DNA of 56,508 nucleotides from Sphaeroforma arctica JP610 (lineage: Eukaryota), in assembly GCF_001186125.1 (NCBI RefSeq), contig NW_014040216.1:1-56508 (forward strand), read 5' to 3'. The notes under the pieces are model-generated. The model did no database searches and was not told the DNA's origin. It saw only the letters and a program-made list of their open reading frames with translations. A program made the position numbers and the translations under genes. Below are positions 1 to 12,272 of this stretch, piece by piece (the first letter of the stretch is position 1; each line of letters begins with the position of its first letter).

Positions 1-21
1 GTGTGTGTGTGTGTGTGTGTG

Positions 22-54
<33 letters not shown>

Positions 55-78
55 GTTTATTAGTTTATATATATACTA

Positions 79-137
<59 letters not shown>

Positions 138-162
138 TGTATGTATGTGTATATATATATAT
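1..162. repeat. (GT)n/(TA)n/(TATG)n microsatellite
   Basis: Directly visible simple repeats; the ORFs over this region are artefacts. Confidence 0.95.
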
Positions 163-774
163 TAGACAATACATACATAAACATAAAAATACATGTTTAT
201 CTATATAAACACCTAATTATGCAAAGAGCAGAGTAATAGACTATATATCAGAATAAGCACTTTATTGCAAGTTAATCGACTCAGTTAATTTTAGCACTAC
301 TCACCGCCTGCAGTAGAACACGCTATGCGACTGAGAGAAGCGGATATGCCGTTTGCCACAGCGGGTACTGGGGCAGTAGCGATGTCAATGGTGTGAGGGT
401 TAACATGCTCTCGTGGTGATGTGTTTATAAATTTGGATTTCCTAAACGCCATCCTTTACTACTTGAATATTCGACTAGCTAATAACCGCAGCTGCGAGGT
501 TATGCATGTACACACATTTACAAAAATATATAAATATTATGATTGAAATGTAAATATTTATTTATTTTTCAACACTGATTTATAGAGCGACAGAATTGAA
601 ATAGTATATCGAGCTGCACGGTAAACACCACACCATGGGCGCACAGTACTTATGGCAAGCCTTCAATAGCGTAGTGTGAACAGTGGGGGCAAGAGAATGA
701 AGCGGTAACAAACATCGTATATACGTATATGATTATGATTTGAGGACCCGCATATTACCAATAATTATTAGTTG

Positions 775-1486
775 ATGTCTTTGCAATTAGATCGAAAATT
801 GCCTGTCTGTGCGATGGAAACTAATAGTGCGCGTGCGGAGGCACGCCATCTTAAAGCACAACTCGATGAATGTCTGGGGCCAAAGGCTGAGCGATACTGG
901 AAGCTGTGTAGAGAGTTTCACACAGAAAACACACTGACGAAGAGATCATTCGATGAGAGTGTCAGTACTTTACTCAGGGATGTGGCCATTAGTGTAACTG
1001 ATATGACTGTTAGTGATGAGAAGGGTCGATCTGGTATGGATATAAGCACAAAAGATAGGGGTGGAGATGCACAGCATCCCGATGTAGGTAAGGACAATAC
1101 GGAGGAGGAGGAAGGGAGTATGGTAGATGGAAAGGCGCTACACAACCGATTTGTTATGGCCGTATTGAAGAGTGCACTGATATCACAACAGAATTACAGA
1201 CAGCGAGCTACTGATATGCAAGAGGGCTCTAAGAGAAGACTGCTCGACAATTCTTCCAAAACTGTAATTGAAATGAATGACGCGACCAAAGGTATGTACC
1301 TTTCTGTGACATATTTGTCGTATTTGAATATGAATCTCGAACCTTTCAATTCGTGTCCTAAATACACAGCCACAGGCTGTTGTAAATAAATGTTTCACAT
1401 CCATGTATCCATATACAGATATTCTATGAATATTTATTCCGCCCCTAAACGAACTGATATATAAACAAATATATGTATATATATAT

Positions 1487-1520
<34 letters not shown>

Positions 1521-1650
1521 GCATATGTATATGTATGTATGTATGTATGTATGTATACATGTATGCATGTATGTATATATATATATATATATATGTATGT
1601 AGTATGTATATACGTATGTATGTATGTATGTATGTATGTATATGTATGTA

Positions 1651-1693
<43 letters not shown>

Positions 1694-1713
1694 NNNNNNN
1701 NNNNNNNNNNNNN

Positions 1714-1750
<37 letters not shown>

Positions 1751-1754
1751 TGTA

Positions 1755-1794
<40 letters not shown>

Positions 1795-4700
1795 GTGTAT
1801 GTCGGAGTGTGGGTGGCCCTCGGTGTGTTCATTTTGGGGGAGTTAGCTTTGGCGGTGAGCTGGTGTGTTAGTGTGTGTGTCAAGTTATTTGCGTGTCTTT
1901 ATTTTTTTATGTATGCTTGTCTTTTGGGGAGTCTCGCATATTTTGATGCAAATTGCTATTTGTAGCTATATTCCAATTGCATTCATTTATATCTGAAAAT
2001 GTTGTTTTAATGACCTGTTTTTGTACTGTGCTTAAGGGTGCCGCTGCAGCATGTACATAGGCTCCTGTTCATTCTTCCACACATCCGTCTAAACAGCACG
2101 GTATTACGTTCATTCCGTTGGTGCAATCGTATTGACATATACCTCATAAGCCAATATATCTAACTAGCACAATCGATCGTTATATCATTGAGAGTCCAAC
2201 TTTGCATTGGCCCTATAGCGTGTGCAAATCTCCACCAGCCCGGTGGCTTGTACTTAGTTCTTGGGGCCACACTAGAACTGCGCTGACAGCGAATCAATCC
2301 AACATTGCTACGCCGCTATCGCATTTTTTGCGTCTAAGAATGTATGACCTACATCGCTACCCATAATAGGAAGCTGCAAGAAACGGAGGAAGATGTCACA
2401 GGGAGAATCTACTGCTGGGGCCTCTCCTTTGCGTATTAGACTGCCATTCACGCCTGCAACTGGTCATAAGAGCGAAGATTTTTCCTCCGCAATACCCCAC
2501 AGTATGTCCACGCCCGAGTGTTGTTGACTGCGCTGGCCTACTTACATTTGCGCATATACTTGACCAGTGCGATGTAACTGGCAAGGAGTGCACAATCGAG
2601 ATAAAGTGCAAGTATATTGCTATTCCTGCCCATGTCTTCTGCACCGTGTTCTCTCGCTTTTATCTGCTTCTGTCGTCATAGTTCGACCTTTTGCCTTTAT
2701 TCTTCTTTTTTGCGTTGCTTCATTTCAGCTGGGCTGAACGGTGCGACATCAGCGTCGTCGAGAGGGTCTGGGAAGAGTATAGCGAATGACTCTGGGAGCA
2801 GCAACAAGACTGGCGCCGAAGTCAAAAGGACTAAAAGCTCGCTGAGTACGCACAAAAATGGTGTGTCAGTTGGAACTTCAAATCATTCGCTCGCTGAAAC
2901 CATACCTAACATAAACACATTTTAAAATGATTTCGAAGAAAAGGGACAGAAAGAAGGGTGCACTAGAAAGCAATTGTATAAACGACGAGACTTCATACCC
3001 CACTTCTATCTTACATACCGACATAAATGCAGGCACGAATGGAGGTGCCAGTGCTACCAAAGGAACCGTACTAGCCGGTACCGCTGATGCGTCGTTTGTT
3101 GGGTCGATCAAGTCAAGCCCTCAGTCCCAACGTATCAAACCCGAGCCTGCCACAACATCACTGGATAATGGGGGTGCCAAACAGCTGAGTTTGTCTCACA
3201 CAGCAGGCAGTGGTGGTACAGGTGGACAGACTTCAACTGATACTTCGACCCGTGATGGAGATTGCCTACCGGGGAACGGAACGGCCGCTGCGATAACTAG
3301 CACGAACACAAGTAGTGTTGGTGGTCTGGGAACATCAGCTAGTTCGGACTTAAGTACGGCGCTAAGTACTGTGCCATTGGCGACTGCTTCCCCTGCTCCA
3401 CCTACACCTGAGTCTACGACTAATACTACCGTGCCTACAAAAAGTGGGGGCAAGCGCAAGAAGCCGGCCAACAAACAAATAGGCGGGAAAGGTGGTGGAA
3501 AAGGCTCGGCAAACAAACAAATAGGCGGGAAGGGCGGTACAGGTAAGCAAGTAAGCGGAAAAGGGGGGGGCGAAGGGTCCTCTCAAAGCGGTGCGCAAGC
3601 GGGAAGTAAAAGCGCCGGGAAATGCTCGGGGAAGGGGAAGGAAGCAGAGATCATTGGTAGTACCCGTGACAGTATAGTGAGTTCCATAAGTGCTAGTACA
3701 ATTCAGCGCCCCGTCTGCGACCGAGAGAGCTTTGTCATGGCAGCCGAAGCGTTTGGGCCAGTCGCAGACGCTGGTGGCAGATTCGTGAGTGTGCCGGTGA
3801 AGAATAGTCTGATCGATATACTCAAACCTGAGAAGCGTGTGACGACGAGTGAAGCCTCGTTGCTGGAAGCGTTGCACACAAAGGTGGGCTGTGCGTTTGT
3901 GCTTAGGGCTTTATTATACATAGCGCGTGCGTGCTCGTGGTGTTTCGTTCAAATTGATGGGAAGATGTTATATCTCATCTGTGTGGAATTATTCTGTCCT
4001 CTTCGGTGGTGCTTGCTCGTGGTGTTTCGTTCAAATTGATGGGAAGATGTTATATCTCATCTGTGTGGAATTATTCTGTCCTCTTCGGTGGTGCTTGCTC
4101 GTGTTTATACGCCAATGGCGGAATGTAGCTTAGACACTCAAACATATGAAAGGACGCGTTATACATGCGTGGTTGATGAGTTCCTGTGTGTAGTCCGTGA
4201 ACATATTCTGTGTATGTCTTTGATAGATAGAAGCACATAGAAACGTATCCAAAAGAATATTTATTTGCAATACAAGTTAATTGGACGATATAACAACCGA
4301 CACACGAATATTAATAGTACGTGCGAACCGGCTCAATACAAAGTGAACATGTGTATTCATCCAGAGATCGGTAAACATTTGGATCAAGTCCTCGATGAAC
4401 TATTGCTTGTTCTCCCGTATAGACATGTGAATACGCGCATGGTATATGTATCTGCTATATACCCATTCTTATCTGTATCCTCGGCTAGATGTTTATAGTA
4501 TTCAAATAAGTCGATGTTTGTTTGTATGTATATATGCTATTCTGTCTAAAAGTTCGTGGCTATGCGATGGCTATGTGAGATTCATACACAATCTAAACAA
4601 ACATGACCTATCCCAATTCTTCAAATGGTACATCCATGTGTGCGTGTATGTTCATCCACTACCTGCCTCCATCAGTGACAATACACCTATCTATATGTGA

Positions 4701-7700
4701 TTCGTAGATTTTCTGTGTTTTTTATTAGATTCTTCTTTGATCGTGCTCGAAAATGATACCCTTTATATTTCGTTATTGTTTCTTCTTGGCAGAATCTTAT
4801 CCTTGAAATTATTCTAACATGATCACTCTTTTCCGCACATTTATCGATTCAGGATGGATTCGTCACACTCAGAGACTCGCTCCCAAAGCGCAGTCAAGCT
4901 TCAAAATTGGGACTTGATGAAGCAGATCCTACCACTACTAATTCTACACTAAACACCTCGACTCTACCGTCAGCTACGGTGTCCAAGAATGGTACATCGT
5001 CCACTTTGTCACTGAATGTGCCGCCCAAAGGCAACCCTGGTGATCCTTCAAATAAGCAACCGAGGCCACCGGATGCAACACCCATCCCTGGTAAAGGCAC
5101 GAATGCGAACTCGGCAGTAATTAGTATAAGTAAAACAAAGAAGGAAGGTGAGCAGCCGAACGGCTCGGCAGACGAGATCACGCAACAGGAAGTGTTGGAA
5201 ATGCTTACCAACAAAAGACATATACCCGCGCCATGGCAGGATCAGGCGGACGCGCAATTGGCTTACAAGTACGCGCAAATAACAGCAGCGGAGGGAAAGG
5301 TCACCGAACGGTTGGCTGGCAATCCACGATCGCTTGCGCCAGCCATTTCCGCGTTGGAGCGCGAGAGGGAGAGGGCAAGGCTGATGGAGCGGGATAGGAA
5401 ACAAGCTATCCAGGATGAGAAAGATGAGCTTCTTTTGTGCACCGATACACTGGTCATACCGGGGAGGGGTAGCAAGGCTCTCATCAAGCGCATGCAGGCG
5501 ATGGCTGTGCAGAATGGGCTGGCAGGCGGGTGCGATGATGCTGCATTCGGCGTTATGGCGGATGCTGTACGAACGCATCTGAAAACCATCATGCGGTCGT
5601 GTCTATCACTGAAGGTGAAGGCTATGAACGATATCGGCGTGAGTCGTATGGAGCGCCTGTACAGACCCGCGCGGTGTGCACGTGCGTTTACACGCAGCAG
5701 CTATGCGGAAAAGGGCGGGGCGACTGGTAGTATGGAGGACGTGAGTGCTGCGTTCAACAGCACAGATTTAGGTGGCACTTCTGGCCTGGGGGGTATCGGA
5801 GTGGATGATATGGGATTGTTAGGAAACATGTCAGACGTCGGTCTTGGGCTGGATCTTAGCGACGTGTCTATGGGCGGATTTGACATGGAAACCATAAACA
5901 TGAGCCTTGGAATGGGTCTGGGCATGGGATTGGGTATGGGGATTGAGCCGAACGCAGGGTTGAATATAGGCGTCAGTAATATGGGACTTAGTAATATGGG
6001 GTTGGGGGATATGGGGACTTTCAACGGTGTTGGTATGGGGGTCGGATTGGGTGGAATAAACGCGTATGGCGGTGTGGATGTAGGACTAACCAATAATTTG
6101 TCGCATATGTCGAACACTGGCAGCTTGAGTGCCCTGGATGGTCTGGTGAGTATCCCGGGGCAAGGTCTGGGTGCGATGAATAATCCAAGTAATAGCAGTG
6201 GGGGTTCTGGTTTGCAAGTTGGTTTAGATGGGGGTTTCGTCGGCATGAACTTCTCGTCCGATTATATGAATACTAATATTCCCTTGTCCGCGAACGGTAG
6301 CAACGACACCATGTATATGTCTACTCTTGGCGACGGACAAATGGGTAATCTGAGGCTGAGTGACACAGCCAACACCAGTATGAGTGGTTTAAATACAAAT
6401 TATGACTCGCCAGCTAGTTCGACCAGCCCTGTCCCGCCATCTAACATGCCTACTAAAAGCCCTCAGACCTCGCTGCTGAGCTTGGGCGGGGTGGGGGCAT
6501 CGAACCTGGATACAATTAGAAATATGAGTGCGGCGATGCAGATGAACAGCACCAACATCAATCTGAGCACTTCACGGGACAACCGCGGTAAAGCGCTCAG
6601 ACACGCCAGTACTCAGCCCTCGATCTTCGCGGATGGGTCTGCACTGGATGGCTTGACCTACGGTACCCCTTCTGCCGACACCAGCGGTGTCATTAGTCGG
6701 ATGGGTAGTCTCAATCTGCAACGTAGTAATAGCATGTCGCTCTCTACCGCCATGCGCCTGAACCCTGGCAGTATAGGCAATACAGTGACAACACCTGCAG
6801 AGCGGGCCCTGTCGTCATTCGGCAGTGCCGGTGTGGGTGGGTTTGGACTTAGTGAGGGTCTGAGATTTGATAGCATTAAATCTGCGACCGGAACAGTCAC
6901 ATCTACTGGTGTAAATAATGCGGATGGCAACCTTAACACCACCGCAGGTGTTGGATTTCAGTCGCAGTCACCGATGCTGGATCTGGGAAGAATCAGTATG
7001 AGCGGTAGCACGAACCCTTCCACACTTGGCCTGGCATCTACAGCGGGGTATTTCCACTCCCCTAATCCACCCTCGCCCAACCAGTTTAAAAGCACAAACA
7101 GCATCGTCACCGGCAATGTGACATCGTTGAGCGTGAGTATGCCAGGTTCTAACCATGCCGACAATACAACACTGTTTTCTCCGACGCCCTCAAGTACATC
7201 AGCCAACAGTGGAGGCGCGGGTGTAATCAATAGTGGACTGGAGAAGAATGCCACGATGGGATATACGACCTCGTCCATAATAGCAGGAATTACACAGACT
7301 CCAACAAATACACCAAACAGTGAAGAGGCCAAGAACAATGATGATGAGAGAAATTCTGAAGGTTGGGGGCGTTTACAACCCGTCGGACCTATCTGCCTCG
7401 AAGATCTGCTGTCCACTTTCCAAGGTTGGTAAAACAATGTGCTCTGCGCAAAACAGGCTCGACATCAATTCCTTCAAAAAATGCTGTATCTTTATCACTT
7501 TGTTGCACCTCCAATCGCTAGGGTGTATAAGTTGATGTCTACCTATTTCTTCTATCGACCACTTACTATCCATCTGCTAACGTTCGAAGAGAAAAAAGTA
7601 TCATGCGTAATTTTTCGAGCATCTAATTCGTGCCAATATATTTAATTCAATATGTTTATTTCATATCATACAGTATATCCGCATCTGCGTGGTGACAATC

Positions 7701-7744
7701 AATTGAGTTGCGAGCGACTTCTTTCACAGCTGTGGCAAGTATGA
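775..7744 (+). CDS. TADA1: SAGA subunit Ada1/TADA1-like protein; 5 predicted exons (775 or 814..1291, 2729..2860, 3033..3883, 4853..7424, 7674..7744)
   Basis: N-terminal SAGA-Tad1-like segment ([11 protein letters not shown]...[12 protein letters not shown]). Histone-fold segment ([38 protein letters not shown]). Spliced C-terminus [35 protein letters not shown], resembling the TADA1 C-terminus. All GT-AG junctions are phase-compatible; exon 2 is the least certain. Confidence 0.8.
1470..1800. repeat. Intronic (TA)n/(TATG)n/(TG)n microsatellite with an assembly gap (N at 1694..1713)
   Basis: Directly visible. Confidence 0.95.
3932..4103. repeat. Intronic tandem duplication, 82-bp unit x2
   Basis: tgctcgtggtgtttcgttcaaattgatggg... 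occurs at 3932 and 4014. Confidence 0.9.
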
Positions 7745-8810
7745 TGGATGTCTAATCCATCAGCGCTCAAGACATCTACCTACATCATAGAACTCGGGCG
7801 GGAGCTTGCTCGCTGTCATACTACGGGACTACCGGCAGGCAAAATTGGAGATGCTCAGAACAATCAGAATACGAAGTGGCGATGGTCTCGCTTTTGTCCT
7901 ACTAGTCGTCTGGACTTAGCTGTCGTATCTTCAACCCATATTTTCAAGGTGCTGTGATGAATGCCAACATGACCCTATTTTCATTAGATCCGCAGACACG
8001 CTGAAGGTTCTCCCTGAAATCGCATAGCGCTGTTGCACTTGCAAATGCCTGCTAGACAAAGTAGTGAAACATCGTTCGCGCAACCGCTTTAAACTCATAC
8101 CATATACCTTTTTGAATCGATGGCATAACTTTACGAACCAGTCGTCGCTTTACGATACTTTAAAGTTGCGAATGTGCATCCAGTGCAAAATCTGCTCAAA
8201 GATGCTGCACCGACAGTCGCATGGCGTGTGGCAAGCAGTATACTATTATATTGACAACTAAATAAAAACTGACAGCAAATGCATTATTGGATAGTATATG
8301 TGTACGACGCAGAGTATACATAGACCTATGAATCACGCAATTTGCTAATAATCTAGCAGCAATAACTCTTCTGTCTGCGTATCTTGCGACACTACCAAAA
8401 TGAAAGAGCGTTTGCTGAGACGATAGAAGGTTTACGGTACTCTGAAATTATGAACCTGCTTCAAAGTATGATTACTTCGCAAAGCTTAACAACCACTTAT
8501 CGTGTAGTCTGGTATGCAAATGATACTGACAATAGGGAGAAAGACGCAAATAAAATAAAATATCAATCCATACAAGTGCATCGATATGTTAATGATATAT
8601 ATTTTAATATTTAATTCACACAGCTTGCTGTTACTGCTATTCTTGTAGCAGTGGCTGTCCGGTCTGCTTATTCTGCAGTATTTCAATAATGTCAATTCAT
8701 CACACCGTGAATGGCGGATATTATTATTCAAAAGCACGGTTGAAAGACGCACTGTCCTTGTGTTGCACTTAAATCCTGTACTCATCCACTGCATTGGAAG
8801 CGGTTCTGAT

Positions 8811-9275
8811 TTAAAAAGCCGACAGGGCTTCAGGTAGAGAAGTATACGATGTTCCGGCGCGTTTACGCTTACCGGCTGATTGTCCGCTCGAATTACTGGA
8901 ATCCGAGTCACCTGAAGAAAAGTCCTCCTCGTCGTATATCGAGAACAAGGGGGATCGCTCGCTGCGGTAGCACACAGACTTAGGGTCGATCCAAATAGTA
9001 ATGTCGGTAGGTAAAAGATTCTGTAGTCTAATTATACTGACGCCGATTGATCTGGCGGTATTTGCTAAGCTGGGATCCATTTGCCCTCGTTCTATACGCA
9101 AACACCTGTTGCCACTACCTCTGTGTGGTTGATCTACAAACCACGTGCTTCTAAAATTATGTACCAGCATGCCGCTCAGTGTATGTTCAAATCTCATGAC
9201 GATATCATCTGAAAGTCCTTTTTGACGTAAGAGATCACCGATAAACATTACGGCGTAGTTAACTTCTTCGATCAT
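8811..9275 (-). CDS. BTG/Tob (antiproliferative) family protein, single exon, 154 aa
   Basis: Box A-like FRSTWFVDQPHRGSGNRCLRI, Box B-like LPTDITIWIDPKSVCYR, and N-terminal MIEEVNYAVMFI. Confidence 0.92.
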   Translation of the reverse strand: MIEEVNYAVMFIGDLLRQKGLSDDIVMRFEHTLSGMLVHNFRSTWFVDQPHRGSGNRCLRIERGQMDPSLANTARSIGVSIIRLQNLLPTDITIWIDPKSVCYRSERSPLFSIYDEEDFSSGDSDSSNSSGQSAGKRKRAGTSYTSLPEALSAF

Positions 9276-9899
9276 GGTTGATTAGTATTTTTAAAAAACC
9301 GATATTCCTGCGGAATACGCTGCTTTAAAGATATATTTTAATTGTCAGAATGTATGTGCGCTCTTCGGGTTTGCGTCCAGTATTTATGTATATAATATAT
9401 ACTTATGGTAATGATATATATAAAATACACGCCTTATGGTTATTCACCTATGGGCTATGAATGGCCTTATAAAAAATGGGACTTTGGCCTTCTATTCCCA
9501 AAAGTAAAAATAAAGAAGGTCTGAAAATATGAAAATATGCGCAAGTTTGTGTCAAGGGCTCAAGGCGCAAGAGTCAAGACTGAGCCAGCGAAGGGCTCGA
9601 AATATCTCATCCCGAAGATGGGATACGATATTTTGTTAATCTGATTGGCTGGTGAATAAACCGTGCTTCAATCGCCTTGCGCTTGAGGTTAGCCACCAAT
9701 AGGGAAGATTTCATCCAGAGGTATTTGTAAATTGCCGTTAATTTTGGAGCTGACTAGAATTGCATAGTTGCTCTTAATAATATCGCGCTAAAAGCTGAGC
9801 CGGTCGAGTGGCGAGTGGCCCACTGCCCGAGTCGGAACTCGGCACCCAAGAGTATCGGACTCTTTAAGAGTCTGTGCTCTGTCAGGTTACTGTGATGGG

Positions 9900-10520
9900 C
9901 TCAGGGCTGGTCTCTGTGAGACTGTGAGTCTGTGACTGTGACTGTGTGAGTGTATGAGACTGAGTCTGTGTCTCTGTGACTGTTGGTCTCTCAGAGACTG
10001 ATGAGAGTTTAGACTTTTAGTTCAGTTATAAATCACTACTAACTAACAATCACTAATTCATCGTTGACTACACCAGATCCAGTATACCCAGTTAAAATAG
10101 TTCATTACCCCCTCACGGCCTTACCCAACCCCCCCCCCCTCCAGCCCCTCCCCTGTGCGCGTAGTGCCGAGGCCTGAGTGCAGTGTGTAGAGAATAGAGA
10201 ACAGCCAGAGACTGACGTCTGACAGTCCAAATACAACTCTACAGTCTAAGCTCTACAGTCTACACTACACTACAGTCTACACTCTACAGTCTACACTCTA
10301 CACTACAGTTATCACTACACTACAGTCTACATTCGCTACAACAGTCTATTGTATATATATTTTTAAACAATAGCCTTATGAAATCTGAATTATAACCCTT
10401 TTTTTTTAAATAACATTATATGGTAGAAGGCTTATTTTTCTAAAACAAACAAACAAAAAACAAGCTCTGTCGACTGTCTCACAGACTCTCACTCTCTGGA
10501 CTTTGGACTCTGGACTCTGG
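9900..10520. repeat. Short degenerate tandem repeats (ctgtga, ctacagt/ctacact, gactctg) upstream of BTG
   Basis: Directly visible 5-7-mer arrays. Confidence 0.7.
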
Positions 10521-12272
10521 AATGAGAATCAGAGGTTCTGCGGCTTGAGCTTCAGTATTTATTTATTATTTAAAAATGTAGTCTGAGGACCTTTTTTTTC
10601 AATTTTTGGGAGTAGTTTAATATTATAAATATTGATGAAATACTGATTGTGGCAAAAATAGATTTTTATTTTCAGAAAAACGTTAAACTCTCGGACTAAA
10701 TAACCGAACGACGAACGTTTACTCATATAGCTACTCTAGTCGAGTCTACTAGATATCAATACTTTTTATGTTTAAAAACAATTAAACGTTTATATTGGTT
10801 TGATCCTGTTTATTTTGATATGGGCGTACAATTTAGGGTTTTGGGTCCGAAACATCGGATTTATTTCATGATATTGTTCGATTGTTTCTGTCTGTTCCAC
10901 CTAAATATAATATATTTGTTCTAAACTTCCACCTACATTCTTGAAATACTATTGTACGTTTACGCTCAACGTATATTGAAATACCCTTAACCCAAACGTA
11001 ATGATGTTCTCTTCGGAGTCGGGAGTCGGGACTCTGAAGCCTTGCCATCTAAAAAAAAATACTCTTTTTTTTTCCTGATTTTTTCAAATCTGGGGGTTGT
11101 TTCTTCTTTTGTAAATGCACCCAAAACATACCCTGCGGGGTTGTAGTCCTGTACCCCAGGCCCAGGGGCGGCTGTGGCGGGGTGGCCTGTGCGGCCTATG
11201 CGCCTGTGCTTTGTGCCTTGTGCCTTGTGCCTTGTGCCCTGTGCCCTGCTGTCGCACAACTTTGAGAAGTCAGACAGTTGTCACTGTGCCGCAACTTGCA
11301 AGCCGCAAGTATTCGCAACAGCGGCAACACCTTTCTGTACTTCTGTTCCTTTCTATGGAGTCATAGACTCAACTCTAGTACAGAGTGTATTTCTGCCCAG
11401 ATGCCTAATTTCGCATAACGCATTTTATTACGTAGCATAGTACTCTAATAATATTCTGACTATCACGAATACACCCACAGGACAAAGGTGCGTAATTGCG
11501 TATGCTGTATACCTGTTTGCAACCACTTTATGTTTGTATAATTTTTCCTGCCGTGCTCATTTATTAGTACGAACCCCACTAAATCTTATTAGAGTATTCA
11601 CTACTACGAGTCTCGAGAGATCTTTGATAATGTATAGTTCTTCATTACATTGCATTTCGTGATATTTACCTGCATTTTTTATAAAGTAGCTTTTCTTGCA
11701 AATATACACAATTAGCAAACCGGCGATGTCGATTGCAATGTCCAAGTTCAAGTGTCGCTTGATTCCAGTGTCGTTTGATTCCTCTTTTGGGTACCACTAT
11801 TGCACTATATTTTGAGCCGCAGTCGTACGAGTTTCCTTTAGCCTTGTATGACCGACAACATGACTGTCGGTGCACACGGAATGAGTCGCTTTGACGCTTT
11901 CAGCGCTTTCCAACCATGCAACGAATTTATTTTTACCATATAAATACTCCCTCTGCACCTAAATACTCCCTCTGCACTGTGACCTCTCCATCGATTTTTA
12001 CAGTAATATACTCACCAGTTCTCGAAAGCGACTGCGTTTAGATTATTGCTTGGTGTCAGTCGTCGTCCCCTGAGTTTATGATGCGTGTATATATTTGAGC
12101 AAGATTTCACGAGTGCTTGTTCCATGCTGATAAATACCGTACAATTACTTTCTTCAATATGGCATTGTGTCTCATGAATGTCTACACCTTGAAATATGCA
12201 TATCGACAATTTTATAAGCGGTCTGTATGCGCATTGCAGTCAGATTGCAGTCAGATATTGTTGAGACGTAGT

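Noticed and set aside
3..1883. ORFs rich in YI/CV/HT repeats (also at 21300..21762 and 56237..56508)
   Set aside because: Translations of microsatellites.
5048..7437. Long antisense ORFs over TADA1 exon 4
   Set aside because: Shadows of a GC-richer low-complexity coding strand; no motifs.
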